A stretch of DNA of 64,000 nt from Prosthecobacter sp. (GTDB taxonomy: Bacteria > Verrucomicrobiota > Verrucomicrobiia > Verrucomicrobiales > Verrucomicrobiaceae): NCBI RefSeq assembly GCF_029946185.1, contig NZ_JAQSEA010000306.1, positions 11,044 to 75,043 of the forward strand. Reading direction: 5' to 3'. Shown here one piece after another: positions 25,603-34,899 of the stretch. The notes under the pieces were generated by a model. The model had not been told where the DNA came from. It did no database searches and saw nothing but the letters and a program-made list of their open reading frames with translations. The translations under genes and the position numbers were made by a program. The stretch's first letter is position 1. Each line of letters begins with the position of its first letter.

Positions 25603-28569
25603 TCACTCCTTCGTGATCGTCTCATCCAGATTCAGCAGCACGCGGGCGACCAATGTGTGCGAATCGATCTCACCCGGTTTCGGCTGGTGGCGTTTGAGCA
25701 TGTCCACCAGCACGGTGGTTTCTTTGGCCGTCGGCTGCCGCCCGGTACAGAGCTGGAAACCGTAGGCGATGCGCGCAGCATCATCGCTGCCGCCTTCTTT
25801 CCACATGCGTTCTCCCAGCGCCTTGGCGGCTGCCATGCTCATGGTTTCATTCAGTGTCATGAGCGCCTGCAGCGGCGTGTTGCTCTTCGAGCGGCGGATG
25901 CAGGAGCTCTCTCCATTGGGCACGTCGAAGGTGCTCAAAAACGGATACGGCGTGCTGCGGCGGCGGAACACATAGATGCTGCGGCGGAACTGGCTCTCAT
26001 CCTCATCCACCTTCCACGGGAAAGGCGCATAGCTGGCGGGTTTCTCAAACAGATACGCAGGCGCCGGCGGCATCACGGGACGCCCTCCGATCTCCGGATT
26101 GAGCAGCCCGCTCGCTGCCAGTTGAATGTCACGCACCACTTCCCCCTCCACGCGAAAGCGGGGGCCCCTCGCAAGCAGTCGGTTGTAGGGATCACGCTCA
26201 AGAAGCACCGGCGTCACCTTGCTGGACTGCTGATAAGTCTCGCTGCTGGTGATGAGCCGCAGCAGATGCTTGCTGCTCCAGCCGTGCTCCATGAAATCGA
26301 CGGCAAGCCAGTCGAGCAACGCAGGATGGCTCGGCGGTGCTCCCTGCGTGCCGAAGTCCTCCGCAGTTTCCACCAGTCCGGTGCCAAAGCAGGCCTGCCA
26401 CACGCGGTTCACATAAGCGCGCGCTGTGGTGGGCGATTTTCTATCCACCATCCAGCGGGCAAAAGTAAGACGCGAGCCATCAGCATTCTTGGGCAGCGGA
26501 TTCAGCATGGCAGGCACACCGGCGGTGACGCGGTTGTCAGGCTTGAGGAAATCACCGCGCTTGAGCACCGAGGTCATGCGCGGCTCATCGCGCGGGTCCA
26601 GCGTCAGGGTGGTGGTGCCTTCGGGGTGCTGCCTCCACAGCGATTCAATTTCGTCATTCACCGGCTGCCACTCCGCCACCGTGGTGCGGAAGGCGCTGAA
26701 CTCAGATTTCTTGCCGTAGAGCGGATCCGCCGCCGCATCCGGCGCATCGGTGACACTGATGCGATACCGTCCGAGGTTCATCGTCTGCAGGTCATCGCTG
26801 TTCCAGCCGCCGTGCTTCATGCTCAGCGTCACACTCAGTTCACTGTCTGCTTTGACCTCAAGGGGCCGCTCCAAAACAAACACCGCATTGCGCGGCACAT
26901 TGCGTCGTCCAGGCCCCGCATTGATGCCCCATGCGGTCTCCGCTTTGCCATCAATCGCATACGCAATCGGGCCAGTGACGCGCTTGTCCTTCGTGAGATC
27001 CTGATCACGCGCAAAGGGGGAAAGCGGTGAGTTCTCGGGCTCTCCATAGTCAGCGCTCGCTTTGACAAACTTCAGCTTCGTCATCTTGCCATCGATCTTC
27101 ATCTCAGCACTGAACTCCGTGAGCGCCGCCGTGCCTTTGATCGAACGGCCCGGGCCGTAGGCAGGCAGATTCGGGTCGTTCATCAGCTCCAAACGGAAGG
27201 CCGCGATGGTCTTCGATCCGCCCGGTTTCACCGCAAACTTCACATCGCTCTTCGTCGGCGCATACCCTTGCGCGAGGATGCTGCCATCCGGCTGCCGCAG
27301 CGCCTTCTCACCACCGGAAGGATCGTCTTCAAAAGACAGAGTATGCCACTGCGGCTGCGCGGCCTTGACAGAGCTGACCCACGTTTTCATCCGCTCCTGC
27401 CAATAAGGGTGATCATGCTTCAGCTTGGCTTCGAGTTCGGCACTGCGCGTGAGGACTTGCCCGCGCTGCATCTGCTCGCTGGCGGTGTACACCACGCGCC
27501 AGGGTTCGTCGTCATTGTTGAGGAAGGCAAACATGCGGTAGTACTCCTCCTGCGTGATGGGGTCGTACTTGTGGTTGTGGCACTGCGTGCAGCCGATGGT
27601 AAGGCCGAGGATGCTTTTGCCGATAGTGTCCATGCGGTCAAACATCGATTCCATGCGGAACTGCTCCGGGTCCACGCCACCCTCCTCATTCACCATCGTG
27701 TTGCGTAGAAACCCGGTGGCCACGATCTGATCCTGCGTGGCCTTGGGCAACTCATCACCCGCAAGCTGCTCAATGATGAACTGGTCGTACGGCAGGTCGC
27801 GATTATAGGCGCTGATGACCCAGTCACGGTAAAACCAGATGAAGCGCATCGGATCCTTTTCATAGCCGTTGCTATCCGCGTAATGCGCCGCATCCAGCCA
27901 GTGCCGCGCCCAGCGCTCGCCGAAGTGCTGGCTGGCAAGCAAGTTGGCGGTGAGCTGTTGAATGCTTGCTGCCGGAGCGTGCTTGTAAGCGGTGGTAAAG
28001 CCGACGATCTCCTGCGGCGTCGGTGGCAGGCCGGTGAGATCGAGATGAAGCCGACGCAGCAGTGTTTCAGGCGCGGCAGGAGGCGAGGGCTGCAATCCTT
28101 CATTTGCCAGCCGCTCGCGAATAAAGGCATCGATGGGATGCTTCGCTGTCGCAGGCACTTGCGACCGCACCGGCGGCTTGAAAGCCCAGTGGTCGGTCTT
28201 CTTGTCGATGCTCACACTCGCGCTGTCAGGCCAGACGGCCCCCTCATCGATCCACTCCTTCAGCTTGCCGATCTCCTCCGCGCTCAGCGGGTCCCCTTTG
28301 CGCGGCATGCGCATCTTGGGGTTCGTGCCCAGCACAGCGTGAATCAGACGGCTGTCGTCGGCTTTGCCGAGGACAATCGCAGCACCAAAATCTCCGCCTA
28401 TGAGCGCGCTGGGCTTGTGATCCAGCCGGAAGGCCGCCTCCTGCTTGTGCGCGCCGTGGCACTGATAGCAGTGCTCGCTAAAAATGGGCTGGATGTCCTG
28501 CACGAAATCGACCGCCGCATAAACAGGCGCAGTGAGGAGCAGCAGGAGAAGGGCGGAGGAACTTTTCAC
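25603..28569 (-). CDS. DUF1549/DUF1553 (PSCyt2/PSD1) protein with N-terminal CxxCH motif
   Basis: 988 aa with a signal peptide. 'IQPIFSEHCYQCHGAHKQEAAFRLD' matches PSCyt1. DUF1549-like 'FIRERLANEGLQPSP' and DUF1553-like 'CTQCHNHKYDPITQEEYY' are also present. Confidence 0.9.
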   Translation of the reverse strand: MKSSSALLLLLLTAPVYAAVDFVQDIQPIFSEHCYQCHGAHKQEAAFRLDHKPSALIGGDFGAAIVLGKADDSRLIHAVLGTNPKMRMPRKGDPLSAEEIGKLKEWIDEGAVWPDSASVSIDKKTDHWAFKPPVRSQVPATAKHPIDAFIRERLANEGLQPSPPAAPETLLRRLHLDLTGLPPTPQEIVGFTTAYKHAPAASIQQLTANLLASQHFGERWARHWLDAAHYADSNGYEKDPMRFIWFYRDWVISAYNRDLPYDQFIIEQLAGDELPKATQDQIVATGFLRNTMVNEEGGVDPEQFRMESMFDRMDTIGKSILGLTIGCTQCHNHKYDPITQEEYYRMFAFLNNDDEPWRVVYTASEQMQRGQVLTRSAELEAKLKHDHPYWQERMKTWVSSVKAAQPQWHTLSFEDDPSGGEKALRQPDGSILAQGYAPTKSDVKFAVKPGGSKTIAAFRLELMNDPNLPAYGPGRSIKGTAALTEFSAEMKIDGKMTKLKFVKASADYGEPENSPLSPFARDQDLTKDKRVTGPIAYAIDGKAETAWGINAGPGRRNVPRNAVFVLERPLEVKADSELSVTLSMKHGGWNSDDLQTMNLGRYRISVTDAPDAAADPLYGKKSEFSAFRTTVAEWQPVNDEIESLWRQHPEGTTTLTLDPRDEPRMTSVLKRGDFLKPDNRVTAGVPAMLNPLPKNADGSRLTFARWMVDRKSPTTARAYVNRVWQACFGTGLVETAEDFGTQGAPPSHPALLDWLAVDFMEHGWSSKHLLRLITSSETYQQSSKVTPVLLERDPYNRLLARGPRFRVEGEVVRDIQLAASGLLNPEIGGRPVMPPAPAYLFEKPASYAPFPWKVDEDESQFRRSIYVFRRRSTPYPFLSTFDVPNGESSCIRRSKSNTPLQALMTLNETMSMAAAKALGERMWKEGGSDDAARIAYGFQLCTGRQPTAKETTVLVDMLKRHQPKPGEIDSHTLVARVLLNLDETITKE

Positions 28570-28660
28570 GAGTGGGATTCAGAGGAGTACGCTGCTCTTG
28601 CATGCGAAATCAGCGCCTGCCGCATGGAGAATGCTGTCGGGCGGAAGTCGCGGCACGCAC

Positions 28661-29977
28661 TCAGCGGACTTTGGCATCTGCAGCAGTCACCGCAGTGGCC
28701 GGAGCTTTCTTGACCGAACTTGGCTTGGCGGCCTTCGGGCTGTCTGCCATGGCCAAGGGAGTGGCAATAGCCGGTGGTTTCTCGCTGCTCACGGCTGAGG
28801 ACACTTGCACGCTGGGGACGGATTGACGGGTGGGCCAGAAACAAAATCCAATCACCGTGAGAGCGGCAAGATTCAACACCACGGCGACGATGCCACGCCT
28901 GCTGAATGATTTTTTCGGGGCGGTCGCTGGAGTCTTGGCAGCAGCGGCGGGTAAAGCTGCCGTCTTAGCGAGGGTGGCAGACGCAGGAGCTGGCACGGAC
29001 TTTGGCTTCGGCGCACCAGAATGCGCTGCCTTTGGCGCACTGGGAAGCGCACGCATCGGGGCGGCGTATTGAACTGGCATCGCTGCACTGGGAGCCACTG
29101 CGGCCACCAGCATCGTGGTCTGCGCTCCAGGTACCATCACGGGTGCCTGCTGCGGCATGTAGTGGAATCCCATGTGCATGCTGTGCATCAGCACATCCAG
29201 CGCCTGAGCCACGGAGTGTGGGCGCTGCGGTGGTGCCAGATTCAGCAGCCACGCCAGCCAGTCACGCAGGGGCGGGTCCAGATCCGGCCGCAGGTGGCTC
29301 AGCACATGGCTGGCGTTGAAGCCCTGCCAGTCCCGTATGACCTCCTCCACTGTCGTGCCTTGCGCCGGCGCAGTGTTCGTGGCGATGCAAAACAAGCTGC
29401 CTGCCGCTGTGAAAAGATCGCTCTGTGTCGTCGGCTGGCCGCCAGCATGCAGCTCCGGCGCGCGAAACCACAGCGTCTCCGGCGGCTGCGTCTGCCGGGC
29501 CAGCGACAGGCCCCAGTCTTGCACTTGGAGAAACAAGCCACCACCGGGATGGTCGACGATGATGAGATTGCTCGGCTTCGGATCGCCATGCGGCTGGCGC
29601 AGGTGCTCGCCCACCAACAGGGCATGCATCAGCTGCACCGCCAGCGCACGCAGATCATTGGGCGCGGGCTGGCGCTCAGCGGCAAAGGTGCGGCCGTTTT
29701 TTCCCGGCATGAATTCAGACACCAAGGCAAACTCATCCTCCCTCGGCAGCAGCGTGATGAGTCCCGCGATCTGCGGATGCCGCATCTGCATGAGTGCAGG
29801 AGCCAGCAGTTGCAGGCGCTCACGATCCAGCGGATGCACGGTCTCGTGCTCCTCCATCAATGCTTTGATCAGCACCTTGCGTCCGGTCATCGTTTCCACT
29901 CCACGATATACTTTGGCTGAAGGCCCTGCGGCGATGATCTTTTCGGGCTGAAACTGGTCGGGGTGCATTTTTAGCAA
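28661..29977 (-). CDS. membrane-anchored Ser/Thr protein kinase-like protein (non-RD, HGD type)
   Basis: Kinase subdomains: 'KVLIKAL' (Lys), 'HGDPKPSNLII' (catalytic loop), 'VQDWGLS' (DFG position), 'FRAPEL' (APE). These are followed by an Ala/Pro-rich linker, the TM 'GIVAVVLNLAALTVIGFCFW' and a roughly 70-aa tail. Confidence 0.8.
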   Translation of the reverse strand: MLKMHPDQFQPEKIIAAGPSAKVYRGVETMTGRKVLIKALMEEHETVHPLDRERLQLLAPALMQMRHPQIAGLITLLPREDEFALVSEFMPGKNGRTFAAERQPAPNDLRALAVQLMHALLVGEHLRQPHGDPKPSNLIIVDHPGGGLFLQVQDWGLSLARQTQPPETLWFRAPELHAGGQPTTQSDLFTAAGSLFCIATNTAPAQGTTVEEVIRDWQGFNASHVLSHLRPDLDPPLRDWLAWLLNLAPPQRPHSVAQALDVLMHSMHMGFHYMPQQAPVMVPGAQTTMLVAAVAPSAAMPVQYAAPMRALPSAPKAAHSGAPKPKSVPAPASATLAKTAALPAAAAKTPATAPKKSFSRRGIVAVVLNLAALTVIGFCFWPTRQSVPSVQVSSAVSSEKPPAIATPLAMADSPKAAKPSSVKKAPATAVTAADAKVR

Positions 29978-30068
29978 CGATTTCTAATATCATCGCAAAA
30001 TCCCAAGGCCAAACGCAAGAGAAGATTGGCGTACTTGCACCTCGCCGCATCTGCCCCACAGTCGCGCC

Positions 30069-30872
30069 ATGATGAAACTCGGACTCATTGGCTGTGGAAA
30101 AATGGGCGGCGCATTGCTGCGCGGCGTGGAGCAGGCACTTGGCAAGGCCAGCCTGAACGTGGCGCTCAGCGATGTCATGCCCGAGGCCGTAAACGCCCTG
30201 CGCAAATGCCTCACCTGCAAAACCATCACCGGCACCCCGGCGGAAGTAGCAGCAGCATCAGACGTCATCATCCTTGCTGTGAAACCAGGAGACATGAAGT
30301 CCCTGTGCGAGGCCCTCGCGCAGGTCAAAGGCTCGCGTCTCTACCTCAGCATCGCCGCCGGTGTCTCACTCGCAAACCTCGAAACCTGGCTCGGCGACAA
30401 GCAGCGCGTCATTCGCAGCATGCCCAACACCCCGGCCCTCGTTGGCAAAGGCGCCGCAGCTTTCTCACGCGGCAGCAAGGCAAACGCCAAAGACGCCGCC
30501 CTCGCCTCCAAAATCCTCGGAGCCGTCGGCACCGCCGATGAAGTCGCAGAAAAGCTGCTCGATGCCGTCACCGGCCTCTCAGGCAGTGGCCCCGCCTATG
30601 TTTACACTGTGATCGAAGCCCTCGCCGATGGCGGAGTGCTCATGGGCCTGCCCCGCGCAGCCGCCCTGCGTCTCGCGGCCCAAACCGTCGCCGGAGCTGC
30701 CGAGATGGTCCTCACCACCGGCAAACACCCCGCGACCCTGCGCGATGAAGTCACCAGCCCGGGCGGCACCACCATCGCCGGCCTCGAAAAACTCGAGCAA
30801 CACGGCTTGCGCAACGCCATGATCCAGGCCGTCCGCGCCGCCACCGAAAAAAGCAAGTCCTTAGGCACCTAA
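30069..30872 (+). CDS. proC: pyrroline-5-carboxylate reductase
   Basis: 'LGLIGCGKMGGALL' is the Rossmann motif. 'SPGGTTIAGL..LE' is the C-terminal ProC signature. 267 aa. Confidence 0.93.
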   Translation: MMKLGLIGCGKMGGALLRGVEQALGKASLNVALSDVMPEAVNALRKCLTCKTITGTPAEVAAASDVIILAVKPGDMKSLCEALAQVKGSRLYLSIAAGVSLANLETWLGDKQRVIRSMPNTPALVGKGAAAFSRGSKANAKDAALASKILGAVGTADEVAEKLLDAVTGLSGSGPAYVYTVIEALADGGVLMGLPRAAALRLAAQTVAGAAEMVLTTGKHPATLRDEVTSPGGTTIAGLEKLEQHGLRNAMIQAVRAATEKSKSLGT

Positions 30873-31139
30873 CCTGAGGATAGACCTCCACTAACAGTGT
30901 TCAGAGAACCTTCGTATCAAGAGCTACGCATCCACTTTGGGTGATGCTTTGCAGGTAGATGGAGTGTTTGCTTGCAAGCATGCCTCGGTCCCGGCATCCG
31001 GCACGACGAAGCGTGCCCCCCCCTTTGACAGGTTTTCTTGCTGGTGTCAGGCCGATATTTTCCTCGGCCTTCAAGGCAGGACTAGAGGCTGCTGCGTTGG
31101 CTGCGGAGCTTCTGCCATCCTTCTCAACCATCCCAAAGC

Positions 31140-32144
31140 ATGATAATCCAAGATGATCACCTCGCGCTGCTGGCGCGGCCTTATGGACTTGCTCCCGGTG
31201 AGCTCGAATTTCTGCGCAGCAGCCAGAACCATGTCTATCTGTGCCGGCGAGATGGTGAGAAGTTCATCCTGCGAGTTTCCAAGGAAAGGCACCGTGACCT
31301 TGCCGATGTGGAGGCGGAGCTGGCCTGGGTTGAGTTTCTTTCTGCACGTAGAGTCGATGTTTGCAGGCCCATCCCGACGCTTGGTGGCGAGGCCTGTGTG
31401 GCACTTTGTCTCGATGGTGAAAACCACGTGGCGACGTGCTTTGAGCATGCGCCTGGAGCCAAGATCACTCCACAGGATATCGCCCCGCCGGTTTATGAAA
31501 AGCTTGGAGGAGTGCTGGCCCAGATGCACACTCACACGCTGGATTTGCCTGGTAATCATGCCGCGCAGGCACGCGCTCCCTGGCATGAGTCACGTCTGTT
31601 GCGGGAGGATGTGGCAGGTTTGCAGGGGCGATTGTCACCGCAGTTTTCTGCAAGCCTTGCTGATTTGATCCACGAGCTGCAGGCGCTTTCCGTAAACCCG
31701 AAAACGTATGGCCTCATTCATGCTGACGCCTGCCTGGGAAACTGCTTTCTCGAAGATGACAGGCTGTGGATCTTTGATTTCGACAACAGTGAGAAGGGAC
31801 ACTTCATCCAGGACTTCGCGACGATCTTGTATGACTCCATCTACTGCCGGGTTCTCAACAAGTTTGCTGATGCCGGGCTGAATGATCGCATGGCCCCCTT
31901 GTGGGCGGGACTTTGGAAGGGCTACTCAAAGTCGGGGCCGCTGACTGAAATTGATCCGCTGCAACTGAAGCGATTCTTCCTGCTACGGGAGGCGGTCATC
32001 TATATACAATACCACCGAACTCTCGACGTTCTGACGTTGGACGATTCGTTCAAGGCGGGGCTAGAAGTGATGCGGACGAATGTGGAAAACCAGGAGCACC
32101 AGGTGGATTTTCGGCAGCTCTCGAAGCATCCAACGAGTGATTGA
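31140..32144 (+). CDS. phosphotransferase (APH/choline-kinase-like) family protein
   Basis: 'GLIHADACLGNCFLEDDRLWIFDFDNS' matches the Brenner HxDxxxxN motif plus the DxD of aminoglycoside/homoserine-kinase-II-type kinases. Confidence 0.8.
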   Translation: MIIQDDHLALLARPYGLAPGELEFLRSSQNHVYLCRRDGEKFILRVSKERHRDLADVEAELAWVEFLSARRVDVCRPIPTLGGEACVALCLDGENHVATCFEHAPGAKITPQDIAPPVYEKLGGVLAQMHTHTLDLPGNHAAQARAPWHESRLLREDVAGLQGRLSPQFSASLADLIHELQALSVNPKTYGLIHADACLGNCFLEDDRLWIFDFDNSEKGHFIQDFATILYDSIYCRVLNKFADAGLNDRMAPLWAGLWKGYSKSGPLTEIDPLQLKRFFLLREAVIYIQYHRTLDVLTLDDSFKAGLEVMRTNVENQEHQVDFRQLSKHPTSD

Positions 32145-32211
32145 AAAAGTCCTCGAAAGGCTGTGGGTCAACCCGCTTTAATCGACAGCTTCTCCAGCAC
32201 TTCTGTTGCTT

Positions 32212-32889
32212 TCACGGCACAACCTTGACCGGGGTGCCGACGGAGGATTCGTGGTAGAAGATCTCGGCCATGCGGTGAGGGAGGCGGATGCAGCCGTGGG
32301 AGGCGGGGTAGCCGGGAAGGTAGCCTTCGTGCATGCCAATGGCACCGGTGATGCGCATGAAGTAGGGCATTCTGGCTGCGTCAAAAATGGCTCCCGCCGG
32401 GCGTGAGTCTTTGCGCACGTCGATCTCGCGCTTCAAGACCATGCCATCTCTGCTGACGTAGTCGCCGAACAACGAAGAGGTGTGATCGATGTCCTTCTCT
32501 ATGACGCTGAAACTGCCAGCTCTGGTGGCCATGCCTTCACGACCTGACGAAATCGGCGAGATGCCGGCGAGCTGGCCGCCTTTGTAGAAGTAAATTTTTT
32601 GCTCGCGCAGACTGATTACCATGCGAGGCGAACCGACCATGGAATCGCCATTCCACTGGCCCGCATCATGGGCGAGGACTGGGAGACGTGATGAGTTCCT
32701 ATCCCGCAGCGGAGCTTGTTTCTTTTCTACAACGATCCGCTCAACCCAGTAGCCGCCCCCGCCGGGTATCGGACGACGGACACTGACTACCCTTTGATCT
32801 GAGCAGGCCAGCAGGCTAACCGCTGGCAGCAGCAGGAGGCCGCGCACTGCACCAAACCGCAAACAGAGTTTATGGAATGAGAAGTTCAC
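32212..32889 (-). CDS. L,D-transpeptidase (YkuD) lipoprotein
   Basis: The lipobox is 'VSLLACSD'. The catalytic motif is 'GMHEGYLPGYPASHGCIRL'. Confidence 0.88.
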   Translation of the reverse strand: MNFSFHKLCLRFGAVRGLLLLPAVSLLACSDQRVVSVRRPIPGGGGYWVERIVVEKKQAPLRDRNSSRLPVLAHDAGQWNGDSMVGSPRMVISLREQKIYFYKGGQLAGISPISSGREGMATRAGSFSVIEKDIDHTSSLFGDYVSRDGMVLKREIDVRKDSRPAGAIFDAARMPYFMRITGAIGMHEGYLPGYPASHGCIRLPHRMAEIFYHESSVGTPVKVVP

Positions 32890-32956
32890 TGAGCCGGGTA
32901 AAACACAGCCCTACACTGCGTGCAACCCTTTTCACTGGGCCGCATGCTCAACGTGG

Positions 32957-34816
32957 CTACTTTGCGTCAACTTGCGTCAGCTTTTCCATTTCCTCGGTCG
33001 CCTTTTCCCAGTCGGTGGTGAATTGGGGGATCTTGGTCTCGACGGCTTCCAGTTCGGCGCTGAGGACGCGGAACTGGGCGGCGTCGGCATAGGTGGCCTC
33101 TTCCTGAAGGAGGTTCACGATTTCGTGTTTGCGCTTATCGAAGGCGGTGAGCTCCTGTTCGATTTTGAAGATGCGCAGATCGAGCTCCTTCTTGGCTTTG
33201 CTGTAGGCATTGCGGGCATCGGCTTCGGCACGGCGCTGCTGCTTGCTTTTGGGCGGCTCTTTGGCTGAGGGGGCGCTGAAGTTGGTGGGCTGGGCGTTGT
33301 GAAGGGTCGCGGTGAGGGCCTCGCGGGCGGAGCCGGCCTTGGACTTGTCGAGGTAGTACTGGTAGTCGCCGGCGTAGGGGGTGATGACGCCGGCGCTGAC
33401 GTGGAGGACGTGCTTGGCCATCTGACGAATGAAGTGCACGTCATGGCTGATGAAGACGAGGGTGCCGTCGTATTGAGAGAGAGCGCCGATGAGGGCGTCG
33501 ATGCTACCCATGTCGAGATGGGTGGTGGGCTCGTCCATGAGGAGGAAGTTCGGCGGATCGAGCAGGAGGCGCACGAGCACGAGGCGGGATTTTTCACCCC
33601 CGCTGAGCACGCCGACGGGCTTGAACACGTCATCGCCATGAAAGAGGAAGGAGCCGAGGAGGGTGCGGCACATGTTTTCACCAGGACGGCTGGGGAGGTC
33701 CATGGCGGACTGCAGGACGGTGTGCTTCATGTTGAGCACATCGCCGCGATACTGGGCGAAGTAGCCGAGCTTGACGTTATGGCCGAGCTCGTAGGTTCCG
33801 GCCTGCGGGGTGAGTGCTCCGGCGAGGAGCTTGAGCAGGGTGGATTTACCGGCACCGTTCGGGCCGACGAGCACGGTGCACTGGCCGCGCTCCATTTCGA
33901 GATCGAGGCCGGTGTAAATGGGCTGGGTGCCATAGGCGAAATCGAGGTCCTTCACGCGGATGACGCGCTGGCCGCTGCGCAGGGGCTGCGGGAAGCGGAA
34001 CTTGACGGTTTTGGCATCGGCCATGGGGGCATCGACTTTTTCGATGCGGTCGATCATCTTGGCTTTGTCCTGCGCGCGGGAGGCGAAGTTGGCCTTGGCT
34101 TTGAAGCGGTCCACCCAGGCCTGCATTTTGGCGAGTTCGCGCTGCTGATTGTCGTAGGCGCCTTGGAGCTGCTCCATGCGGGCTGATTTTTCGCGGAGAT
34201 AGTCGTCGTAGTTGCCGGTGTAGCGGGTGATCTTGCTGTGGGCGACTTCGAGGATACTGTCGCAGAGCGCATTGAGGAATTCGCGGTCATGCGAAATCAT
34301 GAGGATGGCACCCGGGTAGCTCTGGAGGTAGCTCTGGAACCAGATGAGGGATTCGAGGTCGAGATGGTTGGTCGGCTCATCGAGCAGGAGGAGATCGGGC
34401 TCCTGGACGAGGAGGCGGGCGAGATGGGCGCGCATGACCCAGCCACCACTGAGGGTGCGGGCATTGCGCTCAAAGTCGGACTCGCGGAAGGCGAGGCCGC
34501 TGAGGATGCGCTTGGCCTTGGGCTCAATTTCCCAGCGTTGATGCTCGTCCACGTGACCGGTAGCGAGTTCAAGGACGGTGACGTCTTCAATGGGGGCGCT
34601 CTCCTGCGGCAGGAAGCCGAAGGTGATGCCGCGCTCCATCACGACCTGGCCATCATCCGGGGTGGTGTCACGCAGGAGGAGGGAGAAGAGTGTGGATTTG
34701 CCGGCGCCATTGGGGCCGATCAGGCCGATTTTTTCGCCACGGTTGATGTGAAACGACACCTGGCTGAACAAAGTGCGGCCGGCGTAGGTTTTACTGACAT
34801 TGGAAACGGAGAGCAT
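32957..34816 (-). CDS. ABC-F family ATPase (two NBDs, no TMD)
   Basis: Two Walker A motifs ('GPNGAGKSTLFSLL', 'GPNGAGKSTLLKLL') and two signatures ('LSGGWVMR', 'LSGGEKSR'). It has an inter-domain linker and a C-terminal coiled coil. Start moved to ATG 34816 ('MLSVSNVSKTY'). Confidence 0.92.
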   Translation of the reverse strand: MLSVSNVSKTYAGRTLFSQVSFHINRGEKIGLIGPNGAGKSTLFSLLLRDTTPDDGQVVMERGITFGFLPQESAPIEDVTVLELATGHVDEHQRWEIEPKAKRILSGLAFRESDFERNARTLSGGWVMRAHLARLLVQEPDLLLLDEPTNHLDLESLIWFQSYLQSYPGAILMISHDREFLNALCDSILEVAHSKITRYTGNYDDYLREKSARMEQLQGAYDNQQRELAKMQAWVDRFKAKANFASRAQDKAKMIDRIEKVDAPMADAKTVKFRFPQPLRSGQRVIRVKDLDFAYGTQPIYTGLDLEMERGQCTVLVGPNGAGKSTLLKLLAGALTPQAGTYELGHNVKLGYFAQYRGDVLNMKHTVLQSAMDLPSRPGENMCRTLLGSFLFHGDDVFKPVGVLSGGEKSRLVLVRLLLDPPNFLLMDEPTTHLDMGSIDALIGALSQYDGTLVFISHDVHFIRQMAKHVLHVSAGVITPYAGDYQYYLDKSKAGSAREALTATLHNAQPTNFSAPSAKEPPKSKQQRRAEADARNAYSKAKKELDLRIFKIEQELTAFDKRKHEIVNLLQEEATYADAAQFRVLSAELEAVETKIPQFTTDWEKATEEMEKLTQVDAK

Positions 34817-34899
34817 GAGGGGGTGTTCAGTTAAACAGAACTGGACGAAACTCAAGCTTGGCGCGGTGCGTTCTTTGAGGAAAGCTGCCTGTTCACCCT

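Noticed and set aside
30969-30980. 12-nt perfect palindrome TGCTTGCAAGCA in the proC-downstream spacer.
   Set aside because: It is short and isolated, with no associated repeat or adjacent gene start. It is compatible with chance.
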